IMG/VR virus record: IMGVR_UViG_3300030116_002629
Location: 1 to 61,426 of that record
Strand: one strand, 5' to 3'
From: a virus
Taxonomy: Duplodnaviria > Caudoviricetes
Length of the DNA stretch: 61,426 nt
Both the position numbers and the translations under genes were made by a program. Below, in pieces: positions 1 through 11,200 of the stretch (positions are counted from its first letter, which is position 1; every line of letters starts with the position of its first letter). The notes under the pieces were generated by a model. That model did not search any database. It was not told the DNA's origin and saw only the letters and a list, made by a program, of their open reading frames with translations.

Positions 1-243
1 GAATCTGTTCTTGCTAGAAGTGCTCAAGGAGACCCAGCAGCTACAATGGCAGTAATTGCTATTTATGAATATCCTGCTGAAATGACAGATATATTAAAAC
101 TGTTTTACACTCCACAAGAGCCACAAATGTCTCCTGAAGAAGAAGCATATATACAACAACAAATGGGTATGCAACAGCAACAAATGATGGGGCCTGGACA
201 ACAAGCTCCTCCAACAGTAGCTGGTGCTTTAGGAGGAATGTAG
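1..243 (+). CDS. Portal protein, C-terminal fragment (allele A)
   Basis: Open from base 1 (ESVLARSAQGDPAATMAVIAIYEYP...); nearly identical to the end of the full portal ORF 46146-47942. Confidence 0.85.
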   Translation, partial: ESVLARSAQGDPAATMAVIAIYEYPAEMTDILKLFYTPQEPQMSPEEEAYIQQQMGMQQQQMMGPGQQAPPTVAGALGGM

Positions 244-410
244 TGGAAAATCTCGATAACTTATTTTGGGATATTATTGATAATGAATTTGGTGAACAAC
301 CATATGGTGACCCAATGCCACCTATGCCACCAATGCAAATAATTAAACCATTACCGAATATAATAATAATGATTACAGATGAGGAAGGAAATTATGGTAC
401 GGAAATCTAA
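243..410 (+). CDS. Small Pro-rich hypothetical protein, 55 aa (not in the ORF track)
   Basis: GTG overlaps the portal stop; MENLDNLFWDIIDNEFGEQPYGDPMPP...YGTEI; frame conserved in allele B (47942-48100). Confidence 0.75.
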   Translation: MENLDNLFWDIIDNEFGEQPYGDPMPPMPPMQIIKPLPNIIIMITDEEGNYGTEI

Positions 411-804
411 TAAAGGTGGTTACAGACAACCAACTCCTAGTAGGAAAAATGCTGTAAGTGGACCAGGTGCATTAAGTCAAAGAACTGATGGAAATCAACC
501 AGTTATGAGATTGCCAGATGCAGATTATGGTGAAAGTCAAGCTTTTGTACAACAACAACAAGGAGCTCCATTAGGAGATTCAGGAGGAGCTAATGCTCCA
601 TTTCCTTTGCCTGAAGCAGCAGGCCCAGATGTTTTCGGTGGAACAGATTTTCCAGACCAACCAGTAACGCAAGGAATACCAATGGGAGAAGGGGCAGGAC
701 CATCAAGAGATATAGCTAATAATGTTGATATATTGTTATCTGCTATGTATCAAGTAAATCCTCACCCTGTTATACTTCAATTATTAAATAGTAGAAGTAC
801 ATAA
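394..804 (+). CDS. Hypothetical Gly/Pro/Gln-rich virion-associated protein (allele A)
   Basis: Start moved to MVRKSNKGG (394) to match allele B, with GAGGAAGG upstream; VSGPGALSQRTDG motif conserved. Confidence 0.75.
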   Translation: MVRKSNKGGYRQPTPSRKNAVSGPGALSQRTDGNQPVMRLPDADYGESQAFVQQQQGAPLGDSGGANAPFPLPEAAGPDVFGGTDFPDQPVTQGIPMGEGAGPSRDIANNVDILLSAMYQVNPHPVILQLLNSRST

Positions 805-3800
805 TGTTTTTAGACCCCTTTCAGGTAGAGAGCTATTACATGGCTCAAAAGATGGAACAGGACTTAGTTAAGTTATATTCTAGTCCTGAGTTTAGGCCTA
901 TTCTTAATCAGCTACAAGCAGGTATGATTAGAGATTCTTTGGCTGCTCCAATTAAAGATAAACAATTAATTTTTGCTGAACAAGTTCTACCTGTATCAGA
1001 AACTCTTTCAAAACAAATGTTAGCTGATGAAGCTCAAGAAGAATGGGTATTACAAGAATCAAAAAACTGGGATGAGTTATCTGCAAAGTTTAGAGATGAA
1101 AAAATAACAGATGACATGCATCTTAGTGTTATGGATATACTTTCTGGTGGTTGGGCTCCAGGTGGTAGAACTCCTAAAGAAGTAGGTGGATGGTCATTGC
1201 CTATATGGGTAGTGGGTACTTTGGATGCAATTAGAGAGACTTGGAATAAATGGAATCCTTTACCAACTTCCGATGTATTACAATTTGGTGGTGGGGGTGT
1301 TCCTTATAGAGCACAAGGTCGTATTTGGAGATATTATCAAGACCTTAGAAGATATGATGAATTATTAGAAAAAGGATATACTCCAGAAGTAGCACAAGCT
1401 AATATAGCTTCTTTAGTAAATATATCTGAAGTTCCTAACTTAGGTAGAGATTTAGGCCCAGGAGAACTTGAACAAAATATTGATTTTATGCAAGAAGCAA
1501 TTAAATTTGCTGGAGAGAATTATATCTGGGCTGCAGCTAAAAAAGTTATGAATGGTGAAGCTGTCAATATGGATAGAAGCAAAGTATTCTTTTTTGAATC
1601 TATACATGCTGAAGAAGACCCAATATATCAAGAACTACTTTTGAAATTTAAAGGAGATGAACAGAAAGCTAAAGATTTATATTATTTAAAGATTGGTTCT
1701 CCTATCAAAGAACTAGATGCAAATGGAAATATTAATTACACAGGTATAGATAATCCTAACAAAATAAAAATATTTGCTGATAGAAGAACTAATTACAATG
1801 ATATGAATATTACTGAATATGCACAAAGAGAGTTTTTAAACGATGCTCAGTTAACTCCTTATTCATGGGGTAGATATGAAGCTGGCCAGATATATCAACC
1901 AGGTACAACTGCTTACAAAGTTACTTCTGGTTTATTAGATTTTGCTTCAGCTTTACCTGCTGAATATTTTACTGGTGGATTATTAAACTTAGGTAGGATT
2001 AAAAAATGGTCAAGAAGTACTGACATCTTAGTAGCTGAAAAAGCTAGAAGATTAAAAGCTGGTGATACTAGATATCTTGCTAACAAAAAAGAAGCTATTG
2101 AATTACACAATACAATTGTTAAAGCTACCAAAGATAGAGGTAAAGCAGGTAAACAAGCTTGGGATAATTTAACTCCAGATGAAAAGAAAATAGCTACTGC
2201 TTTAAATAATAATTCTGAAGATTTAGCTAAGCTACAATTAAACCCTACACAACTAGATGACTTAATACCGGAAGTTAAAAAAGCACTTAAACACGATAGA
2301 AAACTTAGAAGAAAACATGGTTTAATTAACGGTAGAGTTCAATCTGTATTTGCTAAAGATTCTGGTAAATTAATGGCTTTACCAGAATATCAAATAATTA
2401 GAAAACACATTGCTAATAGCGATTATCACACATTAGTAAATGATAATACTTTAAAACAATGGATACCTGATGATGCATTTTGGAAACATATTGTAGGAAA
2501 AGATGAATTAGAAATTGATAATATATTTAAAGAATTATTAAGTGATGGTGTACATTCAGCTTCATTAATACCTACTCAACCAAATACAGTCATACAAGCT
2601 AAAGGTTTACCTAAAGGTTTCTCTTACATGACTAATGCTGGTATTAGAAAAATGACAGGTAGTTCTGATTTTGCAATGAGAAGTTTAGGTTCTGTTTTAG
2701 GTGAACAAACTGCTGCTATTTGGCAAAAGAGTAAATTTGCAATGAGAACATTGAGGCATTATGACGATACTGTTCAACAAGCTAGAAAATATACACAAGC
2801 TTACAAAGTAACTGATGGTGCTGTTGATGGATTGTTTGATACAGTTAGTGCATTAAGGTTTTATTACAAAAATAAAATTGACCCTAGAAGTCAAAGTATT
2901 AAAAAATATTTAGGATTTAGTTCTAACTTTATGGATGGTTCTTCAGCTTGGGTTAAAAGAATGACAGCTTTAAGAACAGCAAACTATATGACTATGACAA
3001 ATGGAGTAGAAGGAACTAGACAGTTAATTGACAATATAAACTTAAATGGTTTTTCACCAGAGTATTTTAATAAAAAAATGGATGAATGGTTTAAAATCTT
3101 AGAAGCACCAATTGAAGAACAATATCGTTTAAAAAATAATTTCTTAATTGATTATATGGAAGATTCTATAAATCAATCTATTAAAGTTGTTAATGAAAGA
3201 GCTGAAGCAGCAGGAACTGTATATCAAGGTGAAAATATTAAGGCATTAAAAAAACATGCTAAAAAACTTATTACTGACTGGAATAGTGATAAAGCATATT
3301 GGAAGAGTTCTGGTTTCGATGGTGAAGATGTTTACAACATGGTATTTCCTGGTTCATCTTCAGGTATTCTTTATGACACTAAGAAAATGTGGTTGCAAGG
3401 AGAAGATTATAATATCATGGTACCTAAAGCTTCTACTTTAGGAGAAATGACTGAAAACTATTTCCCATTTTTAAATCAAGATATTGTAGATAGAGTTAAA
3501 GGAACAGGATTCTTTGCTTTAGATTCAAATGACCTTAAGAAATTTTCAGGATACAAAATGGCTAGACCTCATTATAAAGAATTTGTAAAAAGATTTAAAG
3601 CAAGTGGTAGTAAAGGTGTCAAACAATATGCAGCTGAAATAGGTGGATATATACCTACAAATAAAACAATGGATGATGCAGTTACATTGTTGTTAGATAG
3701 CTATACAAGAAAAATATTTAAACCTTTTGTTCTTATGAGAGCTGCTTTCATTACAAGAATATTCTTAGAGGAACAAGCTAGAGTAGCTTCTGCACAATTA

Positions 3801-6620
3801 GATTCAGCTTACAATCATCCATTTAGATATTTAACTTGGGTATTTTCTCATTCAGAAGACCAACAAAAAGCATTAATGAAAACATATGGAAACAATTTTG
3901 AAAATATTTTAAATAGTCCTGAATATAAACAATTGATGCATGAAAATCATTTTAAGAATTTACTAGCAGACCATAAGTATGATAATCAATATAAACATTC
4001 TTTTAAAGAAGTTACATTTGATGACCCTAACTATGCAGATGCAATTTATGATGGTTTATTTAAATTAAGAAATGATGAAGTAACAAGAAGAGTTGCACAA
4101 GAAGGTTCAGTATCACCAGCTCTTATTGAATGGTTTTTAGGAAGCAAAGAAAGACAATTACTTAGACAAAGAGGTGGGCCAGATTGGATTAAAGTTGCAA
4201 CAGATGATGAACATGCTATTGCTTATTTACATTCTAGAGAAAACCACATTAGACAATTAACTGGCCATACATTAGAAGAAGGTATTGATTATCAAAGATT
4301 TTCTTATAAAGATATGAAAAAGGGAGATGTAAATGCTTTTGAAGCAGCTCAATTAAGCCATAGAACAGATTCACAATATCATGGTCATCAAGTTCTAAGA
4401 GATGCTATTGCAGAAGGAAAATTTGTAACAAACGAAGGAAAGATTCTAGATTTAATGCCTGTAACAGATGATATAGGAACTTTAAAAGCTGTAGGTGTTG
4501 ATGACGAAAAAGCTATTAAAGATGCTATTCAAAGATACATAGACCAGTATGGAGATGATTTTGATTTTGGTACTTTATATCAAAAACAATTTGATAACGA
4601 AGTACAAGGTTTTGCTAAATTAGAAAAACAATGGGATGCTGGAGTAAACTTTTTCTTTGAAAATTTAGTAGAAAAATCTCTTAACTATTTAAATAGAAGC
4701 GTTGTCTTTAAACAGTATTATTGGGAAAAGATTATGGATATGTGGCACTTGTTTGATGCACCATTAAGAAAACAATATGTAGATGAAATCAAAGGTGTAG
4801 GATTAGCAGATATATTCAAAATAAATGAAAAAGGTACTGATTTAAAGAATGCTCCTAAATTAGGAACAAGATATGGTGTAAAAGATGCAAGTATTATAAG
4901 TGACACAGGTAAAGCTTTTGGTTTACAAGCTACAAAAGAATTGCTATATGATGTGACAAAGAGACATAACATATCTCATAAACTTAGAAACCTTGTACCT
5001 TTCCCAGAAGTTTGGTTTGAGTTATTAACTACATGGCCTAAATTACTTGCAGAAAATCCTACAATGGCCAGAAAGGTTCAATTAGGAATTAAAGGTGGAG
5101 CAGGAGCATCAGGCTTAGGATATACTGGTGATGGTTTCTTTGCAGAAGACCCTAATGGTTCAGGTGAACAAATGTTCGTATATCCATTTGGTGGCTATAT
5201 GAGTAACTTGATATTTGGTGAAGATTCAAATATTAAGATGTCACCTAGAGGATATGTTACAGGTGTCAACTTGTTAGGACAGGGTTTTGTTCCTGGACCT
5301 ACTCCTGTAGCTGGATGGGCCTTAGATAGAGTTCTACCTACTGGTGGAGTTGGTCAAGAACTTAGAAGTATGTTATTTGGTGATTTTGGACCTCCTAGAG
5401 GTGATGGTTTCTTGGATGCTATTATTCCTGACCACCCTTCATTTCAAAAGTTATTTACAGCTATAGGTGCTTCTCCATTTGGAAATCAAGCTGAAATAGA
5501 ATCATCAAGAGCAAGTACATCTATTGAATTGTTTAGATTACTTAAAATGGAAGGTGCAGAAAACAGATTACTTAAACAAGGAGAGTTAGATAGATATTTA
5601 AGAGAGATATCATGGAAAGGTACTACAGCTGATAAGTTACCTCCAGCTCAATTAACACCAGATATTTTAGATTCAGCATTAAGAGCATATGCTAAAGATA
5701 AAACAAGTACTACATTTACATTTAGATTTATGGCACAATTTGTGTTACCTACTGGATTTACACCTAGATATTATGCAGAAGATAAAAATGGAAAGATGTG
5801 GGCTACTCAGTTATTAGCTAAAGAGTATCAAAACTTAGTACAAAAACATCAAGGTGACCATGTAGCTGCATATGAATCATTTGTAAGATTGTATGGATAT
5901 GAGCATGGTTGGTTAACAACTTCTAAATCTGTATCTGCTAATAAACAAGCTTATTCTGAAAGAGTACTTGAATGGCAGAAAGAAAATAAAGAAATATTAG
6001 AACAATTACCTAGAAGTGCATTCTACGCTTTACCTGATAATCCAGCAGAACAAAGAAGTTATCAAGAAATAATTAGGCAGTATGAAATAGGAGAAAGAGA
6101 AGTCTTATCCTTAGAAGAGTTTAATTTAGCTGCTAATGATACTATTGGTTACTTTATGTACACATCATTTAAAAAGCAATATGAACGCTCTGGTATGCCT
6201 GAAATTGAAAAAAATAAGTTATTTAGAATTTATAGAACTGCTTTGATACAACAACTACCAGGTTTTGAAGCTACAGGTGGTTTAAGAAAGCCTGCTACTT
6301 CTAAAGAGATACTAGATGAAATGATTCAGAAATGGCCTAATTTACCTGAAATACAAGAAACAGAAGCAGGTGCTGCATTTGTTAATGTATTCTTACCTAG
6401 ATGGCAAGCAATGGAATCTCAATCAGCAAGAGTGTCTCCATCAGGAAATCCAACATGGTGGTTGTCATCTACAGATAATTTGGCTATTATGATGCGTGCA
6501 GATATGGCGAACTTTATAGAAGAAATAATAGTACAATCACCTGACTTTGCACCAATTTGGACTAATATAATTAGTAGAATGTTCAGAGACGACCATGAAA
6601 TGTTTAACGAAGGAATTTAA
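804..6620 (+). CDS. Very large putative internal virion/ejection protein, 1938 aa (allele A)
   Basis: Long ORF coupled by TAATG overlaps; lies between portal and scaffold; homologue at 48495-54302; function inferred from size and context. Confidence 0.6.
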   Translation: MFLDPFQVESYYMAQKMEQDLVKLYSSPEFRPILNQLQAGMIRDSLAAPIKDKQLIFAEQVLPVSETLSKQMLADEAQEEWVLQESKNWDELSAKFRDEKITDDMHLSVMDILSGGWAPGGRTPKEVGGWSLPIWVVGTLDAIRETWNKWNPLPTSDVLQFGGGGVPYRAQGRIWRYYQDLRRYDELLEKGYTPEVAQANIASLVNISEVPNLGRDLGPGELEQNIDFMQEAIKFAGENYIWAAAKKVMNGEAVNMDRSKVFFFESIHAEEDPIYQELLLKFKGDEQKAKDLYYLKIGSPIKELDANGNINYTGIDNPNKIKIFADRRTNYNDMNITEYAQREFLNDAQLTPYSWGRYEAGQIYQPGTTAYKVTSGLLDFASALPAEYFTGGLLNLGRIKKWSRSTDILVAEKARRLKAGDTRYLANKKEAIELHNTIVKATKDRGKAGKQAWDNLTPDEKKIATALNNNSEDLAKLQLNPTQLDDLIPEVKKALKHDRKLRRKHGLINGRVQSVFAKDSGKLMALPEYQIIRKHIANSDYHTLVNDNTLKQWIPDDAFWKHIVGKDELEIDNIFKELLSDGVHSASLIPTQPNTVIQAKGLPKGFSYMTNAGIRKMTGSSDFAMRSLGSVLGEQTAAIWQKSKFAMRTLRHYDDTVQQARKYTQAYKVTDGAVDGLFDTVSALRFYYKNKIDPRSQSIKKYLGFSSNFMDGSSAWVKRMTALRTANYMTMTNGVEGTRQLIDNINLNGFSPEYFNKKMDEWFKILEAPIEEQYRLKNNFLIDYMEDSINQSIKVVNERAEAAGTVYQGENIKALKKHAKKLITDWNSDKAYWKSSGFDGEDVYNMVFPGSSSGILYDTKKMWLQGEDYNIMVPKASTLGEMTENYFPFLNQDIVDRVKGTGFFALDSNDLKKFSGYKMARPHYKEFVKRFKASGSKGVKQYAAEIGGYIPTNKTMDDAVTLLLDSYTRKIFKPFVLMRAAFITRIFLEEQARVASAQLDSAYNHPFRYLTWVFSHSEDQQKALMKTYGNNFENILNSPEYKQLMHENHFKNLLADHKYDNQYKHSFKEVTFDDPNYADAIYDGLFKLRNDEVTRRVAQEGSVSPALIEWFLGSKERQLLRQRGGPDWIKVATDDEHAIAYLHSRENHIRQLTGHTLEEGIDYQRFSYKDMKKGDVNAFEAAQLSHRTDSQYHGHQVLRDAIAEGKFVTNEGKILDLMPVTDDIGTLKAVGVDDEKAIKDAIQRYIDQYGDDFDFGTLYQKQFDNEVQGFAKLEKQWDAGVNFFFENLVEKSLNYLNRSVVFKQYYWEKIMDMWHLFDAPLRKQYVDEIKGVGLADIFKINEKGTDLKNAPKLGTRYGVKDASIISDTGKAFGLQATKELLYDVTKRHNISHKLRNLVPFPEVWFELLTTWPKLLAENPTMARKVQLGIKGGAGASGLGYTGDGFFAEDPNGSGEQMFVYPFGGYMSNLIFGEDSNIKMSPRGYVTGVNLLGQGFVPGPTPVAGWALDRVLPTGGVGQELRSMLFGDFGPPRGDGFLDAIIPDHPSFQKLFTAIGASPFGNQAEIESSRASTSIELFRLLKMEGAENRLLKQGELDRYLREISWKGTTADKLPPAQLTPDILDSALRAYAKDKTSTTFTFRFMAQFVLPTGFTPRYYAEDKNGKMWATQLLAKEYQNLVQKHQGDHVAAYESFVRLYGYEHGWLTTSKSVSANKQAYSERVLEWQKENKEILEQLPRSAFYALPDNPAEQRSYQEIIRQYEIGEREVLSLEEFNLAANDTIGYFMYTSFKKQYERSGMPEIEKNKLFRIYRTALIQQLPGFEATGGLRKPATSKEILDEMIQKWPNLPEIQETEAGAAFVNVFLPRWQAMESQSARVSPSGNPTWWLSSTDNLAIMMRADMANFIEEIIVQSPDFAPIWTNIISRMFRDDHEMFNEGI

Positions 6621-8236
6621 TGTCTGATAATAATAAAGCAAGACAAAGAGGAATAAAGTTTAGGGAGTGGATTCTTAGCCTATTCAAAAACCCAGCAGCT
6701 CAAGATTATTTAGAAAATAAATATGGTATTACACCTGAAGTATTGCCTCAATATGGTATGTGGGATGCCAATATGGAAGATTGGGGATGGAGTTTTAATC
6801 TTGGACCAGATGGATTCTTATCTAGTGTTGTAATATCTGGAGTAGAAATTCCTATTAAAGAACTTCCAGGCTATGAAGAAGGTTTTAAACAACCATTAGG
6901 TGGTACAGGATTTTGGGGTGGTGTATTTAATTTACCTGCAGAATGGGCTGAGTATGATGTAGAAGCTTTACCTGAAGGTACTGTAAATGTTTTACCAGAA
7001 GCATATGGACCAGCTGAAACTCCTGGTGCAGAATTTTATGGTGAAGCTACAGGTGAGATACAAGAAGAGATGGATGCTGAAGAAGCAGCTGACCCTGATT
7101 TTCAAGCTTTAAAAGAAGGAGCAGTAGAAGAAGAAGAAAAAGAACCTTCATTTTTTACAAGGGAAGATTTTGAAAAAAACACATTATCTGAAGAAGAATG
7201 GAATACTTATCTAGCTAATATTAAAGCTGGTAGTACACCACAAGAAGCATGGGCTTATGCTACAAATGGTGACCCAGCTAAGTTTAATTATGTATGGACA
7301 TGGGATGAAGAAGCAAAGAGAAATAAACCAGCTTATTATTATGACCCAGAAATTAGTGAAAGTCCAATTCCAATACCTGTAGCTGCTCAGCCAAGTGAGC
7401 ATATAAATAAAAATCTTTTTATGAGTGGACTTCATAATATGTCTCCAGACGAAATTGAATGGGTAAAAGATTTCTTGATTATGGGTGGTGTAGCAGATGA
7501 AGGTGATTTTGCTGGACATGGTTTTGTTGATAGAAGTTTAGAATTAATTGTAGGAAATATGATTGATATGGCCAATATGAATTATGGACATATTGCACAT
7601 AAAAGCGATGATTATTATAAATTAATAGAATCTGGAAAAGGACTTTTTGGTGATAATCCACCTGCTATTTTTGAAGATTCAAAATGGTTTGAATGGGGAT
7701 TGTTTTCAGTAGTTGCTTCACAATATGGTATGACCATGGATAAAGCTGCTGAAGTTAAAGCAAAAGAAATAGCAGAAGATACATTAGCTGCTAATGCATT
7801 GCCAAGTAAAGAATCAATGGCTCGTGCTATTAATGATTTAGTTAAAGAAGAAATAGGTGTTGATGCTACTCCAGAACAGGTAAGAGAGTATACAGATTAC
7901 TGGATAGCTAGTCAAACTGAATGGGGTAGACAAATAGAATATGCAAATAAAGTTGCAGAAGTCGGAATGGATATAGAACATTATCATATTAAAACTGGTA
8001 GGACTATGACCATGGAAGAAGTTCAAGCAATGAGAGATGATATAGGTGCTGGAGGAGATGTTTTAGAAGGAATAGTAGGTCAAAGAGAAAAAGTTCCAAC
8101 AGTTACAGACCCTTGGACTGCTACTTACAATTTAGTTGTAGGTGATTTAGCAGGTGAAAAAGAAATTATAGAGGCTGGTAGGAAAAAGAGAGCTAAGCAA
8201 TCTGGTATCTTACAAGCAATGGCAGGTAAGTTTTAA
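6620..8236 (+). CDS. Putative internal virion protein, 538 aa, acidic (allele A)
   Basis: Coupled ORF; distant homologue at 54302-55852 (shared DDIxAGGDVLxGIVGxRE). Confidence 0.55.
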   Translation: MSDNNKARQRGIKFREWILSLFKNPAAQDYLENKYGITPEVLPQYGMWDANMEDWGWSFNLGPDGFLSSVVISGVEIPIKELPGYEEGFKQPLGGTGFWGGVFNLPAEWAEYDVEALPEGTVNVLPEAYGPAETPGAEFYGEATGEIQEEMDAEEAADPDFQALKEGAVEEEEKEPSFFTREDFEKNTLSEEEWNTYLANIKAGSTPQEAWAYATNGDPAKFNYVWTWDEEAKRNKPAYYYDPEISESPIPIPVAAQPSEHINKNLFMSGLHNMSPDEIEWVKDFLIMGGVADEGDFAGHGFVDRSLELIVGNMIDMANMNYGHIAHKSDDYYKLIESGKGLFGDNPPAIFEDSKWFEWGLFSVVASQYGMTMDKAAEVKAKEIAEDTLAANALPSKESMARAINDLVKEEIGVDATPEQVREYTDYWIASQTEWGRQIEYANKVAEVGMDIEHYHIKTGRTMTMEEVQAMRDDIGAGGDVLEGIVGQREKVPTVTDPWTATYNLVVGDLAGEKEIIEAGRKKRAKQSGILQAMAGKF

Positions 8237-11200
8237 TGGCTGAAGGAATTTCAAAAGAAGAGTTTATAAAGGCGTTAAAAGCTAATACTACAATACCTGA
8301 AGCTGCAAAAGCTACTTTGATAGAAGCATTAGAAAATGCACCAGCTAAACAAAAGTTTGATTCAAGAGTAAAAGATTATCTAGATGGAATAAAGAACGGA
8401 TACTTAGAAGTAGATGAATTAATAGGTTTCTTAGAAGATGAATTTGGATATGATAAATTTTCAGGAACTTTTGGTGACCCAGAAGCAGCCAAAGAAGTAA
8501 CAAAGAAAGCTAAAGAAACTACATCTAAAGAAGCTCAAGCTAAAGCTGATAAAGTTACTGAAGCTCCAGATGTTGCTAAACAAGCTGTATTAGAAGGTAA
8601 AGATAAGAAAGTTACACTTGTTGACGAATGGAAAAGAGCAGATGTTAAAAAAGATGTAGGTTTCTTGTATTTGTTTGGTGACAATCTTGCAGATGCTGAA
8701 AGTGGAGTTATTCCTAAAAGTACACAAGCTGTAATTAGAGGTTTAGAAAATGCTATAGGTATTCCAACAAGAATATCAAAGAGTGAAGATTTTCAACCAG
8801 AAGATTTTGAAAGATGGAAAGAACTAATTGATGAACAATTGGCATTAGCTGAAGCTGATGGTAGGCCAATTAAAATATCTAAAGGTGGTATGGCTACAGA
8901 TAAAGGTAAAAAACTTCCTGCTAATTTTAAAGAACATTTAGCTATAAAAATAAATAATTTAGCTGGAGAAGAATTATTTGGTCCAGATATGAAACAAGGA
9001 ACTTCTAATACATCAAAAAGAATAGTTGCAAGTGGAGGTACAGTACGAGCTATGCGTGGTGGTGAATTAGGTAATCCATTTTATTATAAAGGTAGTGGTA
9101 AATCAGATGAAATAGTAAAAGTAGGTACAGATAAATCTTCCACCGTAGTAATGCCAGAAGGAAGTACTGAAGATGATTTAGTTAAAAAAGTTGTTGAGCT
9201 ACATAAAGACTGGTTAACTTGGACACGATTACCTGATAATTTAGATGATGACCAATTGTTTGAATTACAAGCCCTGAGAGATAAACAATTAAGAATTATG
9301 GCTAATTTACCTGATGATTATACATTAGAATATTACAGACCAGATGCTGAATCTTCGCATGCTAAAACATTAGTAGATTTTATAGATAATGCAAAAAAAG
9401 ATATGGAGGAAGTAGATAGAAGTACTATAGGCCAAAGTGATGACCCTTATTTTGATACATCAAGAGATGTGTTAGACCTAACACTTGAACTATCAAGTAA
9501 AGGAGATGAGTTTGGTCAACAGTTCTCTGCTTTAAATGCTACTTTTAAAGAAGGTGAATATGCAGGAAGAACTATAGAAGATGTATGGCAAAATGAAATT
9601 AAAAAATCTGGTAAAGGTAAACCACCTGCAGAAGGAAGTGTACTATTTGGTAAATCTCTTGAAGATAGTAAACTTGCTTATCAAGAATTGTGGGAAATGT
9701 GGGCTGTTGAGAATCCTAGATTAATAGCTGAGTTACAAGATAAAGTTAATGAAGGATATCAATTAACAGATTGGTATGCAAGAAATAAAGACCCTAATAA
9801 AACAGTAAATCAAGCAGAAGCTTTAACTAACATAATTTATAATTTAAATAATGAAGAAAAAGCTATCAAAGCAGATGATGCTAAAAGTAGACAAGTTCCA
9901 TTTGAAAAGGTAAACGCTAGTGACCCAGGACCTGGAGCATCAAGAGCACAATATGATAACTGGGCCGTAAGAACTGGGGATAATTATTTAGCTGCTGCTA
10001 AAGCAGAAGGGTTTACTCTTGACTTTACTACTGAAGATAAAGGTAGTGGTAGTACTAAGAAGTCAGGTACTTATGAACCAAACTTAAAAATAATGAGAAC
10101 ATTTCCTCATTTAAAAGGATTAACTGATGAAGAAATACTAAATGCAACTTATAAACAAATTAAATTAACAAAAGACCTTAAATTTGCAAACCCAGATGAA
10201 GTAGCAGAAATAGCTGCATTAGTAGCAAAAGCTTTAAACAATGGTAAAACAATTAATGTTGCAGGTAATCAAGTGTATAGGTTTCCAGGTAAAACTCAAA
10301 ATGATGTCGATAGATTGTTTGCAGAATTTATGGATATGGTTCAAGATAATCCAGTTACTGATTGGAGTAATGCTGTTATTAGAAGTGGTGGCCAAAATGG
10401 ATTTGATTTATCTGGTTTAAGATGGGCCAACTTCTTTAAAATACCTTTTAGATTACATACTGGTAAAACTAAGTTATTTAGAAAAATAGGTGGTGGAGAT
10501 GTAGTAGGTGATATAAATGAATTTATTCCTTTATTACAATTTGATGAAAATGGTAAATTTAATAATGAACTATTAAAAGCACCAAAGAAAACTACTTCAG
10601 TTGATAAAGCTACAACTCAACCAAAAACAACTGAGAAGTTACCTCCTGATACTAGTAAAACTCTTAAAAGGTTAAACAGCGAATTTGAAAGTGTTAAAAA
10701 TTCTCCTAAAGCTATTAGAGACCAATGGTGGAAATCATTAACAGATATGGAAAGAGATTATATTAAAACCATTATAGAAAAGAAAAATGTTAAAGCATCA
10801 GCTGCAGGTACACCAGATGTTAAAGCAGTAGCAGAACCAGATATACCTACTAGAAAAACAGGACAAATGGAACTAGAACATTTTTGGTTAGATAAAGCAT
10901 ACAATGAAACGATACCTGTTTCAAGTATTGATGGTGCTTCTAGTTGGAAACGATATGTTGCTTATGGAACTAAAATATACGATTGGGAAACAAATCAAAG
11001 TAATTTAATAAATGGGAAAGCAGCTGGAACAGCATATGAACCTGTACAAATATTAAGAGGTTATCAAAAAGGTATAGTACTTCCTGAGACAATGGCTGAT
11101 ATAACTAAAAATCCTCAAAGTTTTGTTAAGGATGGAGAAGCTACTTGGCAAAGAACAAAACCAGGAGAATACGACCCTAGAACAGTTCAAAGTGTAGATA

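Noticed and set aside
804-6620. Virion RNA polymerase call for the 1938-aa protein
   Set aside because: The DDFDFG segment is not conserved in allele B, and no NADFDGD or T7-type catalytic motif is shared by both alleles; left as an open question.
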